32,000 nt of DNA from Fibrobacter succinogenes subsp. succinogenes S85 (GTDB lineage Bacteria; Fibrobacterota; Fibrobacteria; Fibrobacterales; Fibrobacteraceae), in NCBI RefSeq assembly GCF_000146505.1, contig NC_017448.1, positions 3,540,001 to 3,572,000 on the forward strand, written 5' to 3'. This document shows, one piece after another, positions 1 through 8,492 of the stretch (position 1 is the first letter of the stretch; the number at the start of each line of letters is the position of its first letter). The notes under the pieces are model-generated. The model saw only the letters and a list, made by a program, of their open reading frames with translations. It had not been told where the DNA came from and did not search any database. A program made the position numbers and the translations under genes.

Positions 1-2211
1 GTCTATGACAAGACTGCTCTTTTACAGGGTGCGGGATTCAACGCTTCGTCCGTAAAGGAAAACTTGTCCCTTTGCATTCTCAGTTTCGATAGCCTGCGGA
101 GCCGCAACAAAGACAATCGCAATGCCTACAAGGAAAACGGCAACCTATTGTCTTTTGCGGAATCCGCTGATGAAGAAGTCTCCTTGATGTCGGTTTTCAA
201 GCAACTTAATCCCGTAATCGTTGTAGATGAAAGCCATAACGCGGAAAGCGAATTGAGTGTCGATATGCTCAAGCAGTTGAACCCGAGTTTTATTCTGGAC
301 TTGACGGCGACTCCGCGAAAAAACAGCAACATCATCAGCTTTACCAGTGCTTTTGAACTCAAAAAAGAAAGCATGGTCAAGTTGCCCGTGATTGTCTATA
401 ACCACCAAAGCAAGGACGAAGTCGTAAATTCGGCGCTGGAACTTCGCACCCGCTTGGAGCGAGCCGCTTTTGACGCTCAAAATCAGGGCGGAGCGCCCAT
501 TCGCCCCATTGTCCTATTCCAAGCGGAGCCCAAGACAAAAGAAGACAACGCCACTTTCGATAAAATCAAAGCGATGCTAATCGAAAAGGGAATCAAGGAA
601 AGCGAAATTAAGATAAAAACCGCCGATAAAAACGAGTTGGCTGGTTTGGACTTGATGTCGCCGGATTGCGAAGTCCGTTACATCATTACGGTGAACGCTC
701 TGAAAGAAGGCTGGGATTGCCCTTATGCGTACATCCTTGCTTCGCTTGCCGACAAGAACTCCGCTGTGGATGTGGAACAGATTCTCGGAAGAGTACTGCG
801 GTTGCCTTATACGCGCAAAAATCCGAACCCGATGTTGAACATGAGTTATGTGCTTACGGCATCGAACAAGTTCTTGGATACCGTGCAGAATGTGGTGGAA
901 GGTTTGAACCGCGCAGGCTTCAGCGGCAAGGACTACAGAATTGCGGATACGCAGGTGGTCAACGATTTGCCTAGTGAGGCTCCTGTCGCACCGTCGCCAG
1001 TCGATTTGTTGTCGCCGATTTCACCGGAAACTCAAGTTCCTTCGACAAGTGCCTTAGATGAAAACATATCGCCAGCAACAAGCTGGAATCCTGGGGCAAG
1101 TGTTTGTTCTGCAAGCCCTGCCGTGCAAGACATAGAACGCTTGGCAAGGCAAGAGAACGAAACGATGGAAAAGCAAATTCAGGAGAGCAAATCTACTGGA
1201 GCTGCCCCTACACCTGCAGATTTGGAGAAACAAGTGAAAAACGCCCACATCAAGGAAAACTTCATCGAAAGTGCAAGTGGAATTTGCCTGCCTAAATTCT
1301 TTATGAACATGGATGGCATTGAAAACGACTTGTTCGGTCTCTGTGAAATGGAATTTGAAAAGGACATGCTCCTGAAAAAATTCCCGCTTCGCACCTGCGA
1401 TACATCCATCAACTTCGACAACGTCGATGCGGAAATATACAAGGTCGATTTGGATGAAAGTTCCAAGGACAACACGCCGACCTTCTGCAAAGTGGGGAAG
1501 GATGTGCAGACAAGCCTTGCCCAATGGATTTTAAGTATCAAGGATGTTGAAAGTAAACGCAAGAAATGCGCCGAGATGCTAGTGGGGCTTGTCGGGAAAA
1601 TGTATCCCATTCCAGACCAGGAAATCAAGATATACATTGAACGAGTATTGGAATCGTTCGATGATGCTGCATTCAACCACATGCTGAACAACTCCACTCC
1701 ATACGCAGCAAAAATCAGAACAGCCATCCAGAATCATGCCGATACCTATGTGCGTGACGAGTTCCGCCGTGAACTAGATTCGGACAAGATTATCTTGAAG
1801 CCCTCCTATATGTTCAAAAAGCAGAAGCCATATTCTGCGAAAGGCAAGAGCATTGCTAAGAGCCTATACGAACCGGAAGAAGGTTTCAATGAATTCGAAG
1901 CCGAAGTCGTGAACGATATCGCCAATTTGGAAAATGTGGAATTCTGGACCCGCAACAAGGAACGCTCGGATTTCTGCATCAACGGGTTTATCAATCACTA
2001 TCCTGATTTCATCATCAAGACGAAAAAAGGAAAAATCGTTCTGCTGGAAACCAAGGGTGACCATTTGGATGCTGCGAGGAAAATTGAACTCGGGAACCTC
2101 TGGGCGTCAAAAGCCGGAAACGAATATCGCTATTGCCTAGTGTATAAGGACCGGAGCGAAGAGGGCGCATACACCAAGGAAGAATTCTTGAGCCAGATGA
2201 GGAACTGGTAA
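1..2211 (+). CDS. res: Type III restriction-modification Res subunit (SF2 helicase core plus C-terminal PD-(D/E)xK-like nuclease); 5' end lies outside the window
   Basis: Frame 1 is open from base 1, with no stop before the TTG at 64 used by the ORF track, so the gene is cut by the window edge. Helicase motif II VVDESH (D codon at 226-228), motif III LDLTATP, the Res-typical block ALKEGWDCPYAYIL, and motif VI QILGRVLRLP. C-terminal nuclease-like block HYPDFIIKTKKGKIVLLETKGDHL (about 1990-2065). Stop TAA 2209-2211. Confidence 0.8.
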   Translation, partial: VYDKTALLQGAGFNASSVKENLSLCILSFDSLRSRNKDNRNAYKENGNLLSFAESADEEVSLMSVFKQLNPVIVVDESHNAESELSVDMLKQLNPSFILDLTATPRKNSNIISFTSAFELKKESMVKLPVIVYNHQSKDEVVNSALELRTRLERAAFDAQNQGGAPIRPIVLFQAEPKTKEDNATFDKIKAMLIEKGIKESEIKIKTADKNELAGLDLMSPDCEVRYIITVNALKEGWDCPYAYILASLADKNSAVDVEQILGRVLRLPYTRKNPNPMLNMSYVLTASNKFLDTVQNVVEGLNRAGFSGKDYRIADTQVVNDLPSEAPVAPSPVDLLSPISPETQVPSTSALDENISPATSWNPGASVCSASPAVQDIERLARQENETMEKQIQESKSTGAAPTPADLEKQVKNAHIKENFIESASGICLPKFFMNMDGIENDLFGLCEMEFEKDMLLKKFPLRTCDTSINFDNVDAEIYKVDLDESSKDNTPTFCKVGKDVQTSLAQWILSIKDVESKRKKCAEMLVGLVGKMYPIPDQEIKIYIERVLESFDDAAFNHMLNNSTPYAAKIRTAIQNHADTYVRDEFRRELDSDKIILKPSYMFKKQKPYSAKGKSIAKSLYEPEEGFNEFEAEVVNDIANLENVEFWTRNKERSDFCINGFINHYPDFIIKTKKGKIVLLETKGDHLDAARKIELGNLWASKAGNEYRYCLVYKDRSEEGAYTKEEFLSQMRNW

Positions 2212-2402
2212 AAAAATACGTTAATCCGTAGCGTCTGCGTTAGGGATAGTGACCCCTTGGGGCCGAGACTCGCGGAGCGAGGCTTGGTTCTGGGTGGTGA
2301 GCGGCAAGCGATAGCGCAGCCGATTGCCCCCAGAATATAGCCCGACCCACGAAGTGGGGAACGCCCAAAAGAAAATGCCGCGTCAGCGTCGGCGGACTGA
2401 AT

Positions 2403-3164
2403 TTGACTTTGAAGATTTGGCGTCAGAAGGATGCCAAGACCAAGGGACAGTTCGAAACTGTCAAGATCAACGATGTTTCTCCGGACATGTCCTTCTTGGA
2501 AATGCTCGACATTGTGAACGAAGAACAGATGAAGCAGGGCAAGGAAGGCTTCGCTTTCGACCACGACTGCCGCGAAGGTATCTGTGGTATGTGCTCTCTC
2601 GTCATCAACGGTATGCCGCACGGTCCTGACCATGCAACGACTACCTGCCAGCTTCACATGCGTAAGTTCAAGGATGGCGACACCATCGTGATCGAACCGT
2701 GGCGCGCTGCCGCATTCCCGGTTATCCGTGACTGCGCTGTGGACCGTACCGCTTTCGACCGCATCATCCAGGCTGGCGGCTTTGTTTCCGTCAACACTGG
2801 TGCTGCTCCTGAAGCATCCACGATTCCGGTTCCGAAGGCCGATGCCGACCGCGCATTCGACGCTGCCGCTTGCATTGGTTGCGGTGCTTGCGTCGCTGCA
2901 TGTAAGAACGCTTCTGCAATGCTCTTCGTCTCTGCTAAGGTTTCTCACCTCAGCTTCTTGCCGCAGGGCAAGGTCGAAGCCAAGAAGCGCGTTTTGGCCA
3001 TGGTCGCTCAGATGGACAAGGAAGGCTTCGGCAACTGCACGAACCTTTACGAATGCCAGGCTGCCTGCCCGAAGGGTATCACCGTCGATTACATCGCCAA
3101 GATGAACCGCGAATACCTCGGCGCAACAGTCACCTACGCCGAAAAGGTTTACGGAAAGGACTAA
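2403..3164 (+). CDS. frdB: Fumarate reductase / succinate dehydrogenase iron-sulfur subunit
   Basis: Three Fe-S cluster Cys motifs are present: CREGICGMC (2Fe-2S), [11 protein letters not shown] (4Fe-4S) and CQAACP (3Fe-4S). The N-terminus TLKIWRQK...FLEMLD is typical of the Bacteroidetes/Fibrobacter-type FrdB. The start is uncertain: the only in-frame start candidates after the stop at 2298-2300 are TTG 2403 and TTG 2409, and there is no good Shine-Dalgarno. Confidence 0.88.
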   Translation: MTLKIWRQKDAKTKGQFETVKINDVSPDMSFLEMLDIVNEEQMKQGKEGFAFDHDCREGICGMCSLVINGMPHGPDHATTTCQLHMRKFKDGDTIVIEPWRAAAFPVIRDCAVDRTAFDRIIQAGGFVSVNTGAAPEASTIPVPKADADRAFDAAACIGCGACVAACKNASAMLFVSAKVSHLSFLPQGKVEAKKRVLAMVAQMDKEGFGNCTNLYECQAACPKGITVDYIAKMNREYLGATVTYAEKVYGKD

Positions 3165-3194
3165 TAGTTACTCCTGACCAAACCATTCAAAAAA

Positions 3195-3220
3195 GGACCG
3201 CAGCGATGCGGCCCTTTTTG
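3195..3220 (+). terminator. Rho-independent terminator after frdB
   Basis: Stem ggaccgca (3195-3202), loop gcga, stem tgcggccc (3207-3214) with one mismatch, followed by TTTTT 3215-3219. Confidence 0.7.
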
Positions 3221-3368
3221 TATGTAAACTGCAATCGTCCAAATCTCTCGGGAATCGGTCATTTTTTCGGGATGTCCCCAAAAGAAGTTGTAGCTCGGTC
3301 ACGCTTGCGGCGCCCTATAACCACTCTCTTTCCTATATTTCCATTAGAAATTAAAAAAGGAATCTAAG

Positions 3369-4160
3369 ATGAAAAAATTTTTTGCAATTCTTGCGGCGTT
3401 TGCGTGTGCCGCTGTTCTCTCTGCCTGTAACGACCAGAAGGCTGAAACGAAGACTGCTGCCGATGACTCCTTCAATAAGGTCAAGGCGGCAGGTGTGTTC
3501 GTGCTTGGCCTCGACGATTCTTTCCCGCCGATGGGCTTCCGCGACAAGGACAACAACATCGTGGGCTTTGATATTGACCTCGCGACAGAAGTTTGCGCTC
3601 GTTTGGGCATCAAGCTCAAGACGCAACCGATTTCCTGGGACGCCAAGGAACAGGAACTGAATACCGGCAAGATTGACTGCATCTGGAACGGCATGAGTGT
3701 TGATTCTGATCGCGCTAGGGTCATGAACTTGAGCGATGCTTACCTCAAGAACCGCATGATTTTCACGGTGAAGGACAAGGCTATCACGAACCTCGCTGCT
3801 CTCGCTGGCAAGAAGATTGCCGTGCAGAACGGTTCTACCGCCCAGAAGCTTTTGGAAACTTCCGAAGCCGGCAAGGCTGCCAAGGAAATCGTCCCGTTTG
3901 ACGACAACCAGACGGCTCTCATGGATTTGGACAAGGGCGGTGTCGATGCCGTATTCCTCGATGAAATCGTTGCCAAGTACTGGATTGTCACGAACGCCAA
4001 GCCGTACATCGTCTTGGAAGAAGGCCTTTCCGACGAAGTCTACGCTGTGGGCTTCCGCAAAAAGGACCAGGCACTCCGTGACTCTGTGAACAATGTTCTT
4101 GATGCAATGAAAAAAGATGGCAAGTTCGCTGAAATCTCTGCCAAGTGGTTTGGCAAGTAA
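3369..4160 (+). CDS. Polar amino-acid ABC transporter substrate-binding lipoprotein (SBP_bac_3-like)
   Basis: Signal peptide with lipobox LSAC (MKKFFAILAAFACAAVLSAC). Family-3 SBP hallmarks GFDIDLA, WDAKEQELNTGKIDCIWNGMS and FLDEIV. Followed by the permease and ATPase genes. Confidence 0.85.
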   Translation: MKKFFAILAAFACAAVLSACNDQKAETKTAADDSFNKVKAAGVFVLGLDDSFPPMGFRDKDNNIVGFDIDLATEVCARLGIKLKTQPISWDAKEQELNTGKIDCIWNGMSVDSDRARVMNLSDAYLKNRMIFTVKDKAITNLAALAGKKIAVQNGSTAQKLLETSEAGKAAKEIVPFDDNQTALMDLDKGGVDAVFLDEIVAKYWIVTNAKPYIVLEEGLSDEVYAVGFRKKDQALRDSVNNVLDAMKKDGKFAEISAKWFGK

Positions 4161-4178
4161 CGGTCGGCGCGCAATCTC

Positions 4179-4838
4179 ATGTCTGACTTGAACTCTTTAC
4201 TCCCGATTCTCTGGGGCGGTTTCTGCACGACGCTTGCGATTTTTGCGCTGACGCTCCTGTTCTCGATTCCGCTCGGCTTGCTTGTAGCGGTTCTCAAGAT
4301 GAGCCGCTACCGCATTGTGCGTTACCCGGTATCGTTCTACATCTCGGTGATGCGCGGCACTCCGCTTTTGCTCCAGATTGTGGCGATTTACTTTGGCTCG
4401 TACTACTTGAGCGAATACACGGGAGTGGAGTTCTCGTTTGACCGTTTTCCGGCAGTGATTGTCGCCTTCTCGATAAACTATGCCGCTTACTTTGCTGAAA
4501 TCTTCCGCGGTGGCATCCAGTCAATTCCGAAGGGCCAGTACGAGGCTGCAGCAATGCTCGGTCTTACGCGCGGTCAGACTTTTTATCGCATCATTCTTCC
4601 GCAGGTGGTCAAGCGCGTTGTGCCTGCCAGTGCAAACGAAGTCATCACGCTTGTGAAGGATACTTCCTTGGCGCAGGTGATTGCCGTGACGGAACTTTTT
4701 GCACTCGCGAAAAAACAGCAGGCCGCTTACGCAAGCATCTATCCGCTGTTTGTGGCGGGCGTGTTCTATTACATTGCAAATCTTCTTTTGAGTGTGTTGT
4801 TCGCTTACGTGGAACGTAAGTTGAACTATTATAAGTGA
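4179..4838 (+). CDS. Amino-acid ABC transporter permease (His/Glu/Gln/Arg/opine family)
   Basis: Multi-pass hydrophobic protein carrying the EAA-type loop EAAAMLGLTRGQTFYRIILPQ. Sits between the SBP and ATPase genes. Confidence 0.85.
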   Translation: MSDLNSLLPILWGGFCTTLAIFALTLLFSIPLGLLVAVLKMSRYRIVRYPVSFYISVMRGTPLLLQIVAIYFGSYYLSEYTGVEFSFDRFPAVIVAFSINYAAYFAEIFRGGIQSIPKGQYEAAAMLGLTRGQTFYRIILPQVVKRVVPASANEVITLVKDTSLAQVIAVTELFALAKKQQAAYASIYPLFVAGVFYYIANLLLSVLFAYVERKLNYYK

Positions 4839-4846
4839 GGCGTGTC

Positions 4847-5668
4847 ATGGATTCTCAAGTTCAGTCTGTTATTATCAATGACGCACCTCTAGATTCTTCT
4901 CCGATTCTCGAAGTCAAACATTTGAAGAAGTCCTTTGGCGACTTGCATGTGCTCAAGGACATCTCGTTTGACCTCAATGCGGGCGAGGTGCTCTCGATTA
5001 TCGGGCCTTCTGGTTCCGGCAAGAGCACACTCCTCCGTTGCCTCACGCAGCTTGAAACGTTTGAGGCGGGCGAGGTGCGTGTCGATGGCAAGGACATGGT
5101 GGTTCCCGGTTCTTGCATTGGTGGTAAAATCAAGTACGCTCCCGCAAAGACTCTCCGTGACATTCGCCTTTCTACGGGTCTTGTGTTCCAGAACTTTAAC
5201 TTGTTCCCGCACTTGACCGTACTCCAGAACTTGACGCTTGCGCCGATCCGCGTGCTTCACGATTCCCGTGAAGATGCCCGTGCGCTGGCTCGATTCTTGC
5301 TCAAGCAGATGGGCCTCGAAGGTAAGGAAAAGTCTTACCCGTGCGAACTCTCGGGCGGCCAGCAACAGCGTGTGTCCATTGCGCGTGCGCTTGCATTAAA
5401 GCCGAAGATTCTTTTCTTTGATGAACCGACGAGCGCCTTGGACCCAGAACTCACGGGCGAAGTCCTCAAAATCATCAAGAAGCTTGCCGAAGACCGCATG
5501 ACAATGGTCATCGTGACTCACGAAATGGCTTTTGCCCGAGATGTGGCGAACAAGGTTATGTTCATGGACCAGGGCGTTGTCGTGGAACAGGGAACACCGG
5601 ACTTTGTGTTCAACCAGTCTCAGAACAAACGCTTGAGTTCGTTCCTGGAAAGATTCTCGAGAACATAA
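4847..5668 (+). CDS. Amino-acid ABC transporter ATP-binding protein
   Basis: Walker A GPSGSGKST, Q-loop, ABC signature LSGGQQQRV, Walker B ILFFDEPTSALD, H-loop VTHEM. I prefer ATG 4847 (gagg at 4837-4840 as RBS) over the GTG 4835 of the ORF track. Confidence 0.9.
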   Translation: MDSQVQSVIINDAPLDSSPILEVKHLKKSFGDLHVLKDISFDLNAGEVLSIIGPSGSGKSTLLRCLTQLETFEAGEVRVDGKDMVVPGSCIGGKIKYAPAKTLRDIRLSTGLVFQNFNLFPHLTVLQNLTLAPIRVLHDSREDARALARFLLKQMGLEGKEKSYPCELSGGQQQRVSIARALALKPKILFFDEPTSALDPELTGEVLKIIKKLAEDRMTMVIVTHEMAFARDVANKVMFMDQGVVVEQGTPDFVFNQSQNKRLSSFLERFSRT

Positions 5669-5842
5669 TACATCCAAATTTGCCGTTCTTCCCCAAATTT
5701 CGACGTGTTGTAGACTTTTAAAACATTTTTGGGATTTTTTGTAAAAAGTTCTAGAAATGTTGTCTACCATTTTTGTATTTTATCCTTCAACTAACAAATT
5801 TTTAAATTTTAAATAACATTTGTGTTATTTGAAGGAGATTGA

Positions 5843-6748
5843 ATGAAAAAGCTCTTTATTGCATCTGCTATCGCCATGATGTGCCTTAGCGCAAACGCCT
5901 TTGCCGAAGATGACGGTTACGGTAACGACATCCCGGCTGCAAGGACCGAAGGTACCGTTGATGACGGTTACGGCAATAAGCTCCCGGCGAACGAACCTGA
6001 ATACAAGAGCTTTGACGAAGCACGTTCTTCTTCAAATTCTTCAAATGACGGTCAGCGTCCGAAGTCACTTTTCGGTGTCCACCTTGGCATTGGTTATGCT
6101 TCTTTCTGGGATTATCCGACAGATAAGGATTTTGAAATGTTCTTTGGCAAGAATGAATGGTCCGGTGTTTCCATGGACTTCGGTCTTGTCTTCAAGTATC
6201 GCATCAATCCGTTGATTTCTTTTGTCCCTGAATTCAACTTGGGCATTAGCTACTTCATGGAAGAAATTGAAGGTTCCGAAGACTATGACTTCCTCTGGGG
6301 TGCTTACAAGGTCAATGATACTCGTACCCTCATCAATATCAATGTTCCTCTTGCAATCCGTTTGACGGTTCCCTTTGTTTATCTTGAAGCGGGCGCTCGC
6401 CTCAATTTGAATCTCTCTACGTCTCATGACTATGAATATACGGACAGAGACGGCAATAATCTTCAGTACTATGATTGGGAAGACGATGAATACAAGAACG
6501 TGACCCGCAAGGCTGAAGATGAATGGAAGGTGAAAACGTTCATTCCGTCTATCATGGCAGGCCTTGGCACGACTATTCTCATCAATGGTCATGAATGTGA
6601 CTTCGGTGTCCGCGTGTTCTTTGACATGAATGGTATTGAAGAAAAAGACAAGTTCGTCATTGAAGATGATCGTAGCGACCGTATCAAGGTTGTTAAGGAC
6701 GAAACTAAGATTTACTCTATCCAGTTTGTATTCAATTACTTCTTCTAA
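5843..6748 (+). CDS. Outer-membrane beta-barrel protein, function unknown
   Basis: RBS gaaggag 5831-5837. Signal peptide MKKLFIASAIAMMCLSANAFA. Alternating amphipathic strands and an aromatic C-terminal strand ending FVFNYFF. A short internal duplication DDGYGN(D/K)(I/L)PA follows the signal peptide. Confidence 0.6.
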   Translation: MKKLFIASAIAMMCLSANAFAEDDGYGNDIPAARTEGTVDDGYGNKLPANEPEYKSFDEARSSSNSSNDGQRPKSLFGVHLGIGYASFWDYPTDKDFEMFFGKNEWSGVSMDFGLVFKYRINPLISFVPEFNLGISYFMEEIEGSEDYDFLWGAYKVNDTRTLININVPLAIRLTVPFVYLEAGARLNLNLSTSHDYEYTDRDGNNLQYYDWEDDEYKNVTRKAEDEWKVKTFIPSIMAGLGTTILINGHECDFGVRVFFDMNGIEEKDKFVIEDDRSDRIKVVKDETKIYSIQFVFNYFF

Positions 6749-6754
6749 TATTGT

Positions 6755-7540
6755 ATGAAAAAGTTCATCCTAGTTGCCGTCTTCGCCATATTTTGCCTTG
6801 GCTCAAATGCGCTTGCCAGGGGAGTGTCCGAACCGATTCTCCGTATTGGCGTGCATGTAGGCATAGGTACTACTGGTTATTGGGACTACCCGTCGGAATC
6901 TCTTGTGGGTAGCGATGACTGGGGCGGTGTCGCGGCAGACTTGGGTGGCGTGTTTAAGTTCCGTATAAATGATATCCTGAACTTTATTACTGAATTGAAT
7001 TTTGGCCTGAATGTGGTTAGCCGTGATATTGCCTTTGGCAGGAATCGGCAAACTTACTATACGCAAGAAGAAACGCGTACAATCTTGAAGACGGATTTAC
7101 CGCTCCTTATTCGTGTTTGGCCGTTGGAATACGGCTTCTTTGATGCGGGTGTCCAGATCAATGCCAATTTTTGGAGTACAAGCAACAAGGAATACCATGA
7201 TGCCGATGGAAATTCTTTACAGAGCGTGAGTGGCGATTTGGAAACATGGAAAGTGAGGACAAATGTCACGTCTCTTGTTTTCGGTTTTGGCCTCGGTGGT
7301 GTCATTGGTGACCTTGGTTTCCGCTTTATTCTGGACCTCGATCGCATCCATAAAAATGACAAGATTTCTTACTACAACGATGGTAAGGAGATTTATCCTT
7401 ACGATGAATATGTCAAGATAAAGTCCGAAAAAAATATTCCAGGACCGTCAGAGAAGCCTACGGTCTTTGAAAACAAGACAAAAATTTGGACCTTGCAGTT
7501 TGTGGTCAATTACTACTTTGATTTGAAATCATCCAGGTAA
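6755..7540 (+). CDS. Outer-membrane beta-barrel protein, tandem paralog of 5843..6748
   Basis: Signal peptide MKKFILVAVFAIFCLGSNALA. Shares blocks with the upstream gene (GVHxGIG..WDYP, GxVFKxRIN, ...LQFVVNYYF). Only 6 nt separate the two genes. Confidence 0.6.
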   Translation: MKKFILVAVFAIFCLGSNALARGVSEPILRIGVHVGIGTTGYWDYPSESLVGSDDWGGVAADLGGVFKFRINDILNFITELNFGLNVVSRDIAFGRNRQTYYTQEETRTILKTDLPLLIRVWPLEYGFFDAGVQINANFWSTSNKEYHDADGNSLQSVSGDLETWKVRTNVTSLVFGFGLGGVIGDLGFRFILDLDRIHKNDKISYYNDGKEIYPYDEYVKIKSEKNIPGPSEKPTVFENKTKIWTLQFVVNYYFDLKSSR

Positions 7541-7622
7541 AAATTTTTTTCAAAAAATTTTTAGACCAAAAGCCTGCGAAAAGCGTGTTTATATAATAGA
7601 ACCTTTTTGCAGGAGAAAATAG

Positions 7623-8324
7623 ATGATTCAAAATCAAGTGGCTCTGTACACGAAACCCGACTTCAATTTGATGCCGCGAGAAAAACTGGAATTCTCCGGC
7701 GTCAGCTCTTTAAGCAACGAAGAACTGCTAGCGCTGATTTTGGGGAGCGGTAGCCATGAATGCAGCGTGTTTGAATTGGCGAGGCGTCTTTCGGAATTCT
7801 TATCAACGGAAACATCTGTCCCCACACTTGCCCGTCTCAAGAGCATTCGTGGACTTGGAAAAGTCAAGGCCGCTCAAATTCTGGCATGCTTGGAGCTTTC
7901 TGGGCGCTTTATTTTAAGTGACAAGGCAATTCCCGTGGCTGTTCCCGAAGATGTGCTTTCTCGCGTGGCGTACATGAAGTACGAATCGCAGGAACATCTT
8001 GTCGTCATTTCCTTAAATTCTGCCAATTACATCATTCGCGTACACGAACTCACGACAGGGCTTGTGAACCAGACGCCCGTGCATCCGCGCGAAGCGTTTG
8101 CGCTCGCTATTGAAGACCGCGCCGTTTCTGTGATTTTTGTCCACAATCACCCTTCTGGATCGCTGGAACCGAGTCCTGAAGACATGTCTATCACGCGAGT
8201 CCTCTGCGCATCAGGTAAAATTTTGCAAATCCCAGTTTTGGACCATATTATCATTGGTAAAAGTGGGTTTACAAGTTTGTGCCGTCTTTACCCAGAAATC
8301 TTTGAACAGGCTTTTTTCAAGTGA
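7623..8324 (+). CDS. radC: RadC-family JAB/MPN domain protein
   Basis: N-terminal ELLALILGSGS helix-hairpin-helix-like block, and the JAMM motif HNHPSGSLEPSPEDMSIT near the C-terminus. Confidence 0.85.
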   Translation: MIQNQVALYTKPDFNLMPREKLEFSGVSSLSNEELLALILGSGSHECSVFELARRLSEFLSTETSVPTLARLKSIRGLGKVKAAQILACLELSGRFILSDKAIPVAVPEDVLSRVAYMKYESQEHLVVISLNSANYIIRVHELTTGLVNQTPVHPREAFALAIEDRAVSVIFVHNHPSGSLEPSPEDMSITRVLCASGKILQIPVLDHIIIGKSGFTSLCRLYPEIFEQAFFK

Positions 8325-8492
8325 AATCTTGTAAAAAAAAGACATAAATAGTAAAAATACAAAAAGTATGTATTATTTATCCATTATTTCGTGGGTGAAA
8401 AAGTGCGGACTTTTTTTTAAAGAGTTATATTTCACTTAAACATTACTATAAGGACCACTCTATCCAAGGGGTGGTTAAAACAAGGAGACTCT

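Noticed and set aside
2212-2402. tRNA, tmRNA or known riboswitch in the GC-rich res-frdB spacer
   Set aside because: There is no T-loop GGTTCGA-type motif, no acceptor-stem/CCA arrangement, and no riboswitch core that I recognise. Only short generic hairpins are present.
2130-2948. 272-aa minus-strand ORF across the res/frdB junction and frdB
   Set aside because: It is antisense to a gene with unmistakable Fe-S cluster motifs, and it has no RBS or recognisable motif.
3053-3367. 104-aa ORF between frdB and the ABC transporter genes
   Set aside because: It starts inside frdB in another frame and reads straight through the frdB terminator hairpin. Its composition is Arg/Pro-rich noise.
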